A stretch of DNA of 64,000 bases from Paramoeba atlantica (Eukaryota > Protista > Discosea), in NCBI GenBank assembly GCA_977017575.1, contig CDRNVI010000041.1:1-64000 (forward strand), in the 5' to 3' direction. The position numbers and the translations under genes are program-made. The notes beneath the pieces were generated by a model that searched no databases, had not been told where the DNA came from, and worked only from the letters and a program-made list of their open reading frames with translations. Below, one piece after another: positions 1 through 10,539 of the stretch (position 1 is its first letter; each line of letters starts with the position of its first letter).

Positions 1-285
1 CCAGGGTGGGCGGTGACGCTGGCGACGACGACCGGGGCGTCGGCGATTGTGAGCAAGATGGAAAAGGCGGTGGAGAGGTACCCGGAGTGGGTACGAAAGA
101 GGTATGGGGGAAAAGAGGGGGGTGGGGGTGAGGAGTATGTCAGGTACTGGGCGACGGAGCCGGAGGTGTGGAGTGAGAGGAGGAGGAGGAGGAGGAGGAG
201 GAGGAGGGGGAGGTGGGAAAGGAGGGAGAGAGAGAAATTGAAGATCGCCCAGGGGTGGAAAAGAAGGTACAGTAAAATAGGGTAG
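1..285 (+). CDS. 3' end of an unidentified CDS, truncated by the window start
   Basis: Frame open from base 1 to TAG at 283-285; lies in a G-rich island; no recognisable motif. Confidence 0.35.
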   Translation, partial: PGWAVTLATTTGASAIVSKMEKAVERYPEWVRKRYGGKEGGGGEEYVRYWATEPEVWSERRRRRRRRRRGRWERREREKLKIAQGWKRRYSKIG

Positions 286-567
286 AGGAAGGTGATGGAA
301 GGGGTGGGGTGGAGGAGAAGGAGCGAGAGAGTCACTCGCACTCTTTCCGACAGTAATTTATTAGAAATTACGCGGGAAGGAATTCACCTTGTTACGTGAA
401 TAATGTAGCAAAAATAGTACACGTATAGCTGTACATAAAGGACTTCAGAACTTTTTTGGACGCTCGCATCGAATGTATTTCGAGAAGACTAAACTGTGAT
501 CTCATGCAATTATTATTATTTTGAGTCTTCCCTTATTGTCACATAGAAAATATTCTGCTCCGAATAT

Positions 568-1125
568 ATGGAATCTGAAAAGGCTGACACCGAAACAGGG
601 AACGACAGGCTGTCTCTCAGCTCCTTACATGGCAAAGTGCTTGAATTTCTTTCTTCTAGAGACGACACATCATCCTTAGCTGAAAAACTTCCCACCAAGA
701 TCTCTAAGATAGCGCGAAGCTACTTGAAGAATGAAGGTGCACTGCCGTGGCTTTATGAGCTCAATACTCTTTTGGAAACCGGTAACAATGAAAAAATGCC
801 TCAAGGTGAGTTAATCGCACAATGTGAGCGCGATCCAAGTCGACCACCCAAGAGCAAGAGTGTTGTGGTTAAATGTACAGGGAATTCGGAGGAAAATGAG
901 CTTGTTGCAAGAAAGAATACGGCCCCTAGGAGCGTAGAAGAAACGGTCTCAGAAATTCCCAAATCGAGGCAAAGGCAATCTAGAGAACGTTCCTTGTCGT
1001 TATCCTCTATTGACGAAGCGCATCAAATGGAATCCTTGAAAAAATCGCACAGGAAAAAGCTGGTTAAAACCCAGGAAGCAGAATTTAGTGATCCATTCAT
1101 AGATTCTAGTGAAAACGATGGATAG
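568..1125 (+). CDS. hypothetical protein, 185 aa
   Basis: ATG ORF on the coding strand of the cluster; no motif recognised. Confidence 0.45.
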   Translation: MESEKADTETGNDRLSLSSLHGKVLEFLSSRDDTSSLAEKLPTKISKIARSYLKNEGALPWLYELNTLLETGNNEKMPQGELIAQCERDPSRPPKSKSVVVKCTGNSEENELVARKNTAPRSVEETVSEIPKSRQRQSRERSLSLSSIDEAHQMESLKKSHRKKLVKTQEAEFSDPFIDSSENDG

Positions 1126-1499
1126 GTGAACCGTCCCCGAAACATTACCTCAGAGCTAATAGTATAGTATTGTCACTATGTGCGCTAAAGTGCTGCGTTA
1201 TATTTGGGCGATTAGGTTCGAAAGTAATTTAAATAATATTTTTCTTTAACATTTAAGTAATGGTCACGTGTAAAGAGTTCCGCAGTAGTGTATTTGTGTG
1301 TTCGACCTTTCAATGTTTTTTTCGTTCAATGAAATATTTCTTGCCTTTTATGGTGTTTGGAGTGTCCAATGCGATGCTTTTGCGCAGCGTGTAATAAAGA
1401 ATATCAAGTTCATCACTTGTCCTCCGAATTATGCTCCACATGTTATACACATTTCATAATTGGTGTATTCGTATTGATCTGTTTTTATAACTTTGCAAC

Positions 1500-2948
1500 A
1501 TGGTGTCTGCCCGCGATCGCGCTCAACAGATAGAGGAGAGGCGAAAGTCGAGGTGTGCTTTGTCTAACATTGACATTGACGATGATTTCGAAAATTCCGC
1601 GGTCTTGGTACCACATGGCTCTGCCCGCGCAAGTATGCCTGATGAATCTTCATACCAAAGAGAAGCGGAAGCGGGAGCGAAGTCACTTCCTATGCGCGCC
1701 CACAACTCATTTGACGATATGCTACGTCAGAACAGTAAGTATGACATGATTGGCGAAGGTCGTGAGATAACTATAAGACATTCGAAAGATGTCTCGGGTG
1801 AAGAAGACAGTGTGAATTACCAGCCTAAAGATCTCGCTAAGATAGAACGCGGCATTGATTCCATATTTCAACTTCTTGGTGACGAGCAGGAGGATGTACC
1901 TGAGAGAAATTCTGAAAGGATGAAAAAACGGATGAAATCGTCATCAAAGGTATCACGCTCAGACACCATCTCCCATGAAAAATGTGAATCGATGCACCCC
2001 AAATCTAGATCAGAATCGGAGAAAATATCCTTATCATCGAGAGTACAGGCTCTAGCACGGGAGCAAGCGGATTCTGATAAGCAGAGTGGGCTTTCGTCTG
2101 AATATGACACCCAAACTTCGTCCGATGCAAAGGTAGAAAAACCCTTATGGATATTAGCCGCACAGATCAGAATTCGCATGCAGCCTCCGCTCGCCGTCTT
2201 AGCTTCACTTCCGCTTGTGCAAAACGCCTTGCTGTCTGGAGGTATCGTCCCAACGCATCAAGACAAATTAGATGATATGAGAAATTGCATTGGAGATCAA
2301 TTTACTTTTTATGAACAACAAGTGATCTCATCGTTTCTGAAGATGAAGCACTGTGCAGTGAGACTAGATGCTCTATTCCAGAATTTTATTACTGAGCAGT
2401 GCACCACGACTTTGATAAATTCTGAAAAAAGCGTCGGACACAAGTCCTTAGATTGCGTTGAAGCTACACTGCGAAAGTTATACGTTGATCAAGGCTTAGT
2501 GCTTCCTGCCTTTGAACCGTCGTTTTGGGTGCAAAAGACTCAAAGAAATCGTGCGCTCATTCCTTTTTATGGTGCTTCCCATATACCGACGTCCAGTACA
2601 ACTCTCTACAATGATGACGACTTTTACACACTTCTTGCAATGCAGCACACGAGAGACCATTTAAGAGAAAGTGGGCATCAACATTGGGCAGTATGTTCCC
2701 TAGTTGCTCGGCAGCAGCTACCACATACGACCTCGAAGAACTCACAGGAAACCACTGTATCAGCATTAAAAAAGAAGAAGACTCGCGTAGTTGAAAAAAC
2801 TGCGAAAACTAAAGAAATGCATCGCCACTCACTTAAACTTTTGTCGCGTACGTCGTGGGAGGTGAATCCAAAGCTTGTTAATTTTTATCCCGCTCCTTTG
2901 ACGGTATCTCAGACATCGACGGAACTCCTCAATTCTTTGTTTCAGTAG
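1500..2948 (+). CDS. hypothetical protein, 482 aa (low-complexity N-half, helical C-half)
   Basis: Long ATG ORF on the coding strand, preceded by a T-rich tract. Confidence 0.6.
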   Translation: MVSARDRAQQIEERRKSRCALSNIDIDDDFENSAVLVPHGSARASMPDESSYQREAEAGAKSLPMRAHNSFDDMLRQNSKYDMIGEGREITIRHSKDVSGEEDSVNYQPKDLAKIERGIDSIFQLLGDEQEDVPERNSERMKKRMKSSSKVSRSDTISHEKCESMHPKSRSESEKISLSSRVQALAREQADSDKQSGLSSEYDTQTSSDAKVEKPLWILAAQIRIRMQPPLAVLASLPLVQNALLSGGIVPTHQDKLDDMRNCIGDQFTFYEQQVISSFLKMKHCAVRLDALFQNFITEQCTTTLINSEKSVGHKSLDCVEATLRKLYVDQGLVLPAFEPSFWVQKTQRNRALIPFYGASHIPTSSTTLYNDDDFYTLLAMQHTRDHLRESGHQHWAVCSLVARQQLPHTTSKNSQETTVSALKKKKTRVVEKTAKTKEMHRHSLKLLSRTSWEVNPKLVNFYPAPLTVSQTSTELLNSLFQ

Positions 2949-3201
2949 GCACCAGACAACTCTTAGGATTCCATTAGAGTTTAGTTTTTGTTTTTTTTCT
3001 TTTACACATAAAGTTATGCAAGTCAATGCAACCACAGGATATTATGGGATAATTCGGGCCTCCATACTACACCATAGAATAGATTACACAAGAAAATTGT
3101 GTGTATACAAAGGAAACCCACCTTTTCGACTCCATTTTTCCCATTCATCCTCACTTTCCTTTCTTTTTCCTTACCCTACTCGATTTCTTTCCCTTCCTAC
3201 C

Positions 3202-3984
3202 ATGCACCGTTTCTTCACGGCTCGCTCTCGAGCCGCCGTCGCCTCATCCGTTCTCCCCCTCGTCTCCGCGCCCCGTCGCGCCTACACCCCCCTGGACGCC
3301 AGTGACGTACAGCGGGACGTGGCCCCCTGCATTGACATTGTCGAGGTCAGCGACGACCCCGCCCACGGCTCCATGGTACGTATGGTCTACCACAGCCGGA
3401 GTGTGGAGTTCATGCACTACCCCCAGATGGGTCCTCGAAAGACGGACCCGATGGACCCCATGCCCCAGTTTGACTTCCAAAACCGCATCTTCTTCCGCGC
3501 CGGGCGCAAGAGTATTGCGGAGATGCTCGCGGTTGTGGAGGGGAAGCAAAGCGAGATGAACTATCAATCCCCTTATGGTGCCTCGGTGAATTTCGGAAAA
3601 ATCCCGGAAGGTTTTTTGATGAAATTATCCTCTCCGGATTACAAAAACAAGACCGAGGTACGCAGTTGTGAGATCTCGTACAAGGGCCACCACGCGGCCT
3701 CGTTGAAACATTTTTTGAGTGGGGCCTTGTGTAAAGGGTTTGGTTTTGAGGACATGTCCTCTTCCGAGGCCCTGGCCGTGGTGCTTGCCAGTGGTAATGC
3801 CCAGCGAAACAACTATAATAATCGGCGAAACAGAAGCCGACAAGGTGGAAAGGAGGGAACAGAAGGGGGTTCGAAGGCGAACGAGGCACCTGCGCGAAAG
3901 AGCTTTGATCAGGTTGGACCTGGCATGGATTCCGCTTCAGCTCCGGTCAAACCGAAAACGGTGGATGATCTAGATGACTGGTAA
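3202..3984 (+). CDS. MRP1: mitochondrial guide-RNA-binding protein MRP1 (gBP21)
   Basis: IVEVSDDPAHGSMVR, HYPQMGPRKTDPMDPMPQFD and LKHFLSGALCKGFGF match trypanosomatid MRP1 (DVRDDPALGTMTR, QYPQLGPRKVDPNDLSPQFD, LEHFLESALDESFGF); ATG 3202 follows a polypyrimidine tract and opens an Arg/Ser-rich presequence. Confidence 0.85.
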   Translation: MHRFFTARSRAAVASSVLPLVSAPRRAYTPLDASDVQRDVAPCIDIVEVSDDPAHGSMVRMVYHSRSVEFMHYPQMGPRKTDPMDPMPQFDFQNRIFFRAGRKSIAEMLAVVEGKQSEMNYQSPYGASVNFGKIPEGFLMKLSSPDYKNKTEVRSCEISYKGHHAASLKHFLSGALCKGFGFEDMSSSEALAVVLASGNAQRNNYNNRRNRSRQGGKEGTEGGSKANEAPARKSFDQVGPGMDSASAPVKPKTVDDLDDW

Positions 3985-4467
3985 TCATGGTATGCTGCCG
4001 CTGACTCAACAGGTTGTGGATGACGTTTTAGCTCCTAAATATGATTTACTCGACAGATTTTCTTATTTTAAGTTATTTTAAATCGTGTATCTTATTCCAA
4101 TTTTAAAGATGTATGCACTATAGATATGAAGACATTTCAATACCAAGAACCAGAATTGAGGTGACAAGGTCGAAGCATTGCGATCAAAATTTTATTGTTG
4201 GTCAAGAGTACATTTGGTGAAGGCCATAGTACATTCTGTATATTGTGTGATATTTAGGCACTTTTGTCGCAGCACTTTTTAAGTAGAAAGCGTTGAGACA
4301 TCATCGAGAATATTTGTTCTTTTATTTCATGTTAATTTAATCAGAGGCGATATTATTTTCCGTGTAACGGCCGGTCATTCACTTTGAAGACCAATACTTC
4401 TCTAAGAAAATGCATTTTATTAATAGACAATCGTTTGAACAATTTTTCTAATTTTTTCTGACTCCTG

Positions 4468-5244
4468 ATGAAATCTACCCCCGCTCTACATCTTCGTATC
4501 CTGCTTCCTAAGCCCACATTACGGTATTACTACCACGGCAACCGGCAGCGTCAACTGGCCCAGATGCGTAGCCAGAGAATTTTTGCCGGTCGTCATCTTC
4601 CCTATCGAGCGCTCTTTGGACGTATCGACCATCTACTGGTGCAGCGTGCAGCGTTCTACCCCGGAAGTGGGCGGTTTAATCCAGCAGCATACGAACGACT
4701 TCGCTGGTGTCCGTTTACGCCCTACGTGCCGAGTTACTGGACGGACCAGAGAGTGTGGAGAGGCGCTGCAGAATACCCCGACGACGAGGAAAGCCGCGTC
4801 GCAATTGCACGCAAACTTTTTGAAGAGGGTGATTTAACGGAGTGGCAGGCGCGGATACAGAGAAGCACCTGCGCGCAGGTAGTGGATTTGTATTTAAAAT
4901 TATTCCCACAAAATGGGGAAAAGAAACCTTTGTGGCAAACTGGAACAGGCGGGACGGAGAATCTGCGCCCCTCTACGATGGCATTCCACGCGAAGACTGC
5001 TCTTGTTCGAGCGCGGGGCTTGGAAACGTTTTCGCAAAAGTTTTGTGTGGTAAGGAAACTATTGGAAAGTCGGTTGCTGGAGGTATGGGGAGGAATGCGT
5101 CCATCTACTTTTGAGCAGATAATACAGGCAGTGAGCGCTGAGTGTGCCACGGATCTTAACGAAGCGCTGGAGAGACGAAAGAGACTGCATGCTCTTCCGC
5201 GATATTTTAAAGCAGCAGAGTCGAGAGCCCTGAATGGCACTTAG
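4468..5244 (+). CDS. hypothetical protein, possibly mitochondrial (alternative start 4564)
   Basis: 258-aa ATG ORF, Arg-rich N-terminus, globular composition. Confidence 0.55.
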   Translation: MKSTPALHLRILLPKPTLRYYYHGNRQRQLAQMRSQRIFAGRHLPYRALFGRIDHLLVQRAAFYPGSGRFNPAAYERLRWCPFTPYVPSYWTDQRVWRGAAEYPDDEESRVAIARKLFEEGDLTEWQARIQRSTCAQVVDLYLKLFPQNGEKKPLWQTGTGGTENLRPSTMAFHAKTALVRARGLETFSQKFCVVRKLLESRLLEVWGGMRPSTFEQIIQAVSAECATDLNEALERRKRLHALPRYFKAAESRALNGT

Positions 5245-5289
5245 GATCGTAGTTTTAATCTGTTATTTACCATGTGAATAATTACCATG

Positions 5290-5528
5290 TAATTATCGCT
5301 TCGCTGGCCGGCGGATTCCCCAGATCTTAATCCAATGAGAACTTGTGGAACCAAACAAAGCAATTCAAGAACCGTAAATGCCCCATTTCTGCAGGTGAAA
5401 TTAAGCGCGTATGTGAATCATAGTTGGACTCCGTAGAAGCGAAGGAGTCGATAAAGAAGCTGTATGTCTCCTTCAAAAAAAGACTCGAGTTGTGCATATT
5501 ATATAAAGGAAAGAAGATTCCTTACTAA
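5290..5528 (+). mobile_element. Tc1/IS630-type transposase C-terminal relic (frameshifted)
   Basis: Translates RWPADSPDLNP-[1-nt deletion]-ENLWN...IKKLYVSFKKRLELCILYKGKKIPY*, the catalytic-E region and C-terminus of Tc1 transposases. Confidence 0.75.
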
Positions 5529-5951
5529 ATACTGTATGTGTACTAATGTTAAAATAAGTGATTTCTGGGAAAGGGGAGAAACTCAGTACTAAAAACTAAA
5601 GTTTATCGAAAAATAATGATAAAATACTTGGTCAATTTTGCCTGAGATTGCCTTTTTGGACCGTTGCATTTTTTGGTTACAGGGGCCCATGTGCGTAGAA
5701 AATATTTTTCCCTATCTGCTTGTGTTCTAAACTAACGCTTTTCGCACATTTTATTTGAATTCGACATCATGTGCAACCTGTGGAATTGTTCAACTTTGAC
5801 ATAAACGGCCCTGTATTAACGATGTGAATAATTTATAACAAAATGAATATGACGGAGAAATAGTTTGTTAGAAATCATCATTTTGCACTGACTTTCTCTG
5901 TCTTCATGATCTTTATTTTTTCCAACACCATGCCCCCCCAGTAATACTATT

Positions 5952-6097
5952 CCCCCCCTATCCTAGCGTTGCCTCGATACCCCCCTTCATTAGCGTTGCT
6001 TTTTGGACTGTCTCTTGCCGCGAAGCGGCGATTTTTTTGATCCCCACCTCCTAGCGTTGCTTTTTCCCAAAACCAGGCAACGCTAGGATAGGGGGGG
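5952..6097. mobile_element. MITE with 23-bp terminal inverted repeats
   Basis: CCCCCCCTATCCTAGCGTTGCCT (5952-5974) and its exact reverse complement (6075-6097); internal direct copies of TAGCGTTGC. Confidence 0.7.
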
Positions 6098-6151
6098 TAG
6101 TAAGTCATCACTCTCTTCTGATGATTTAACTCCGGAATCTCTAGGAAGTCA

Positions 6152-6211
6152 TACACCTTTTTTGTGGAAGTAGTACACCTTTTTTGTGGAAGTAGTACAC
6201 CTTTTTTGTGG
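6152..6211. repeat. 22-bp tandem repeat, about 2.7 copies
   Basis: Unit TACACCTTTTTTGTGGAAGTAG. Confidence 0.8.
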
Positions 6212-6369
6212 GTAGGTCCCCCCCCCAGTATTTGATATCTTGCGTTTGTTGGCAATATTCTTACCGTTACTCTTGGGATGATATATTTCTCGCATTTGTG
6301 AAGGGATTACGAGCTCCGTGGTATGGCTATTCAAGGTCTTTTTCCTATTTGTTTCCGTGGAGGATGTAG

Positions 6370-6830
6370 CAAGTTTGCGAGAGCCAGCAAGTGCTAGCGC
6401 ATCGACTTTCTCGTTATGAACATTGCCATTGTGTGACTTCTCAAAATATTTTGAGATTGAAGAGAACGGACTTATAAATCTATGTCTTCCATCAACTTTC
6501 CGTTTGGCACACTACCATATCGAATCACCCGACGCCTGAGACGCATGTGATGGAAAAAGTTCCAAACGTACAAGAAAGAATCCGTATGTACAATGATGGC
6601 ATCAATTCCTGGGGAGATTCTCTTGATTGACTCATAAAAAGCTTCTTCTTCAGCTCTCTCGGCGGAAGGAGCCTCAAGTAGTAATGATAGAAACTTGTCT
6701 TGTGTCCACTTTTGTCGGATTACTATGCCCGTCCCGCTTCTGTATTCTTGTTAAGTTTTAAGCAAGCGGACCCATCAATGTAAATGTGTATCTCTTTATC
6801 TTCAATGGGGAATGGTTCACTATCTTCTTC
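6370..6830 (-). pseudogene. degenerate RNase H (type I / retroelement) domain
   Basis: Minus strand gives, in order, IYIDGS (6768-6785), SAERAEEEA, IVHTDS (6577-6591), PNGKLM and SHNGNVHNEKVDALA (to 6392); two frameshifts and one stop. Confidence 0.7.
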
Positions 6831-7106
6831 TAAAAACTGTAAATCGTACAAGCTTTCTTTTCCGATCGCGTCTTTGTACAGGCTTTACCATTTTTTAATG
6901 TTTTAACGCAAAAGTAATCAGGGAGTGGTCCTAATGTTTGGTGTAAATTTTCACAGCATTATTGCCAATGAAGGGGGTCTTTTACATTCTTTTTACATCT
7001 TTTTACATACATCTTTTTAGTAAGTCAAAAACTATACACTATGCAAAATTCTTTGAGTTTTGACATTACTAATAGCACTCTTTTATTCCTTACATAGTTT
7101 TTCAGT

Positions 7107-8951
7107 ATGCTAGAGTGGAACTGGCCTTCCGACTGGGAGCCCTTCCAAGATACAATACGCGTGAAGCTGCAGGAAGATATACAAGAAGCAATGAAAAGCA
7201 ACACCAACCCTCTTCTCCGCGGCAACATCGAAATCGAAGAGCTTAATTTTGGTACTATTCCACCTACTGTGTGTCTAAAACGGATTCACGAACTTAGTGC
7301 TTCGTTCCTTAAAATTGAGCTCTATGTCAAGTATACCGGGGATGGAAGCATCAAAATTCGTGGACTCGAAATCAATTTAGACGGATGTGCAGTGACACCC
7401 CCTTTCTTTTGCCCTTTTGAAATGAGCTTGGGCGAGCTTCACATTGAGGATACCATTACTCTTACCCTCAGCCGCGCAACCGCGGGAGAGGCCACACTTT
7501 CTCGTGGCACTCGAATCGGGAGAATGAGTGTCCCATGTTCACCCCGCACGTCTTCTTTTGCATTTCCTACGTCTCCTTCTACCCCTTGGGCCCTGAGGGA
7601 TTCCAGTTCAAGACGTGCACAACCCATTGGAGCTGCGTGTGCTACTGCAGCTTCTATTTTTTCTTCCATTGGTGATAAATCTACGGAACAAAGACGTTTA
7701 AGAACAGACACAAAGAAACCTTTGCAACAAATGGATCGTACTTCGGACATGTCCACCAAAGTTTCTTCTAGTGCAGGTAACCCTCGATCGAGACCCGACT
7801 CGACACTGGGCAGTCTTCAAAGGAGAAATTCTTTCGCAAGCGCAGACACCCCGAACGAACCTCATAGAGGACGGTATTCCATATCTAGCACGCGCCATGT
7901 TCCCGGAGCAGCTTTTTCGGTTGCCTCCACATTCCCTCCAGACTCACTTCACACAGCTCCTTCCTTTCGTGACTACGCCTTACGCAAGTACAAACCCCTT
8001 GACAGATCCCCTTCCTCCAGTCTAGTGTCACCTCCTATTTCACTGACGGAGACCGACCGCGAAGTGAGATCCCCTCCAAGCTCCAATGACTCCTCCAAGC
8101 CACCTCTGCCCGGTCTCTCCGACGACTCCGAACTCTCCGGTGGTCTCCCGCAACACCACCACCTCACCTCCTCCACCTCCACCGAAAAAGAAAAAGCCTC
8201 CAAAAAAGTCACCCACCACAGCCGTCTCCCTCGGCGAAGTACCACCCGTGAGTTCTCCCTCCCACCGTCGCGTCACACACACTCCTCCCCCCTTTCTCCA
8301 AAAACAGCTACCCGGGAGCCCCCACGAAGAACACCCCTCACCCCCACCCCTTCCCTCTCCCCTGGAACCTCAATCACTCCCCACCCCCGCTCCCCCCTCT
8401 CCCCCCCACTCACGTCCCCCTCCCCCTCTTCGCTCTCCCCACAGGAGAATCTCTTCTCCAGTCTCTCTTCGAGTCTCTCTTCGAGTCTCTCCTCACAAAC
8501 CACAAACCACAGTTTGGGTTTGAGCCCCAGAGACCACGGGGCCACAACCCCCTCCCCTCTAAGCCTCCGGGTCCCTCCCTCCCCTCGAGGGCTACAACTG
8601 CCCTCTCCGGTTCCCGTAGACCCGTTACTGGGGGAGCAGGAGGGGGAGGGGGGGGTGCTATGGGGGAATGGAGCCGCGGGGGCATGGGGGAGAGCCACCT
8701 ACCCGTTGTCCCCGGGTCCTGGCACCCCGGGAGGGTATGGCACCCCTCCAAAAGGGTCGGCTCCCAGTCATGTGGTGACGACCGTGACAATTCGATTCAC
8801 CGAGAACCCGTTACGGGATTTTAAGGTGAAGTCGAATTTTAGTTCCGTGCAAGGCGCCGATAAGAAGGTGGAGGGGACGTTACGTGCACTGGTGAATCCG
8901 GTGTTGGAGGGGTTGAGGGTGAGGGGGTTTAGTTTTACGTTTGGGGAGTAG
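7107..8951 (+). CDS. SMP-domain protein, Mdm34/Mdm12-like (ERMES-related), with a long Ser/Pro-rich insertion
   Basis: N-terminal MLEWNW...IEIEELNFGTIPPTVCL...KYTGDG...CPFEMSLGELHI and C-terminal TIRFTENPLRDFKVKSNFSSV...VEGTLRALV resemble the two parts of the Mdm34 SMP domain. Confidence 0.65.
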   Translation: MLEWNWPSDWEPFQDTIRVKLQEDIQEAMKSNTNPLLRGNIEIEELNFGTIPPTVCLKRIHELSASFLKIELYVKYTGDGSIKIRGLEINLDGCAVTPPFFCPFEMSLGELHIEDTITLTLSRATAGEATLSRGTRIGRMSVPCSPRTSSFAFPTSPSTPWALRDSSSRRAQPIGAACATAASIFSSIGDKSTEQRRLRTDTKKPLQQMDRTSDMSTKVSSSAGNPRSRPDSTLGSLQRRNSFASADTPNEPHRGRYSISSTRHVPGAAFSVASTFPPDSLHTAPSFRDYALRKYKPLDRSPSSSLVSPPISLTETDREVRSPPSSNDSSKPPLPGLSDDSELSGGLPQHHHLTSSTSTEKEKASKKVTHHSRLPRRSTTREFSLPPSRHTHSSPLSPKTATREPPRRTPLTPTPSLSPGTSITPHPRSPLSPPLTSPSPSSLSPQENLFSSLSSSLSSSLSSQTTNHSLGLSPRDHGATTPSPLSLRVPPSPRGLQLPSPVPVDPLLGEQEGEGGVLWGNGAAGAWGRATYPLSPGPGTPGGYGTPPKGSAPSHVVTTVTIRFTENPLRDFKVKSNFSSVQGADKKVEGTLRALVNPVLEGLRVRGFSFTFGE

Positions 8952-9190
8952 AAGAGAAGGGGGAAGGGCAGTGAGTGGATGAAAAGGGTAGAGGTGTCGA
9001 GTTCGGGAGTTGCAAATAATAATATTGTCGAACGTATGTGAATAAGGCCTCGAAAATAAGTTTTGCAATCAAGAGTTTACCTGCAGGGTTTTAAGTTAGA
9101 TTCTTTGGGTACCATTAGAGTTCAGTTTTATGGCAGCACAGTCTATTCTAGTTAAGTTTTTGCCTTTGTTACTTATTTTGGGTCGGTGGA

Positions 9191-10204
9191 ATGGGACGGA
9201 TCCAAAACACTATACTGAGTCGTAGCCGCGACTCTCGTCTGGCTTTAAGCGCCTTGCGTGAGAAACTTCAACGCGTTACCGGTTCATCCACAATACTGGA
9301 AAACGAAGCAAGACGACTACCTAATAAATACAGTAGACGTAATTCAGCCTTTATAATTGATAAATCGGATCCAAGTTCCTTAGCTTGCGTGCCACTATCA
9401 AATTCAGCAAGCTGCAATGCTATTTTTCCTTTAGATTACCTTATCGGTGTCGATGAGTGCGGGGTTGGTGCACTTGCGGGTCCAATAGTTGCTGTGGCCT
9501 GTCAAATGCCTCCGAACAGCTTCGGAGTAGAGATGGACGCGAAATCCCCCTTGTTACGTGATTCGAAGTCTTTATCGAATAAATTGAGATCTTTTTGGTA
9601 CAACCAATTGACGAATATTCATTCTCCAGTGCTGTGGTCGTACGCCATGTGTGATGCGCGTGATTTGGATGAAAGCAAAGTACTATCCACGAGGCTACGC
9701 GTAATATCTACTGCAGTAAAACAGTTAATAGAAAAGATGCAAAATAACAACTTGTTATCACCGGATCAGTATAGGAGTTTACTTTCGCGGACATTCGCGT
9801 ATCCTCGAACTTTGGGTGAGGACAAAAATACAAATTCGTTTCCAAGTGGTTCATGTTGGCACGTTCAACCAATAGTTATTGTCGACGGGGTCGAGGGCCC
9901 CACGGTTGACTCTTGTCTACCCGATACGAGCTTTCGATGTAGGGCATATTCATGCACATCGAAGAGGGCTCCCTCGGGAATTATACCTGTTCGCAAGGCA
10001 GATGAAACATACTTCACTGTCGCTGCGGCGTCTATCATAGGAAAACAGCTACGTGATGAATTAATGACAGATGTGTATCACAAGTTGCATCCGAGTTATG
10101 GCTTTGACCAACATAAAGGTTACGCAACCGATCTCCATGTGCACAGATTACGTAGTTTTGGACCCACATCCATACACCGTTCGTCATACTCCCGAAAAGA
10201 ATGA
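9191..10204 (+). CDS. rnhB: ribonuclease HII, bacterial-type, with N-terminal extension
   Basis: IGVDECGVGALAGP, RDSK, VDG, KAD..VAAASIIGKQLRD, YGFDQHKGYAT, GPTSIHR. Confidence 0.9.
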   Translation: MGRIQNTILSRSRDSRLALSALREKLQRVTGSSTILENEARRLPNKYSRRNSAFIIDKSDPSSLACVPLSNSASCNAIFPLDYLIGVDECGVGALAGPIVAVACQMPPNSFGVEMDAKSPLLRDSKSLSNKLRSFWYNQLTNIHSPVLWSYAMCDARDLDESKVLSTRLRVISTAVKQLIEKMQNNNLLSPDQYRSLLSRTFAYPRTLGEDKNTNSFPSGSCWHVQPIVIVDGVEGPTVDSCLPDTSFRCRAYSCTSKRAPSGIIPVRKADETYFTVAAASIIGKQLRDELMTDVYHKLHPSYGFDQHKGYATDLHVHRLRSFGPTSIHRSSYSRKE

Positions 10205-10539
10205 CCCATGCTCTGCGTTTGCATCATTAAATTGAACTCCGTAGAAAATGTTATATTCTTTTTCATGGTAGGAGATTCCTTTTTTTTACCTTCTTTTTTT
10301 TGGTTTATATCGCTTGCTCCCGACTTTTTGGTAGAGTTTCGTAACTATTCCTTTGCAACTATATTTCTACCATATTTTCCATGTTTTTTAAAAGGCTGTT
10401 TAAGCAAACACCCTTTCCCAAAGGAATAGATGCTTTTGCTTTATAAGTATACCAAAAAAGATCTCTTTCGCCAAAGATTTACTTGCGCCTTGGGCTACTT
10501 GCTGGCTTGGGCTATACTGAAGCAAATTTCGGTTTTTTT

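Noticed and set aside
6152-6211. Short repeat arrays (also 22565-22622, 26080-26130, 27290-27395) as CRISPR
   Set aside because: Tandem or subterminal repeats without unique spacers; eukaryotic context; no cas genes.
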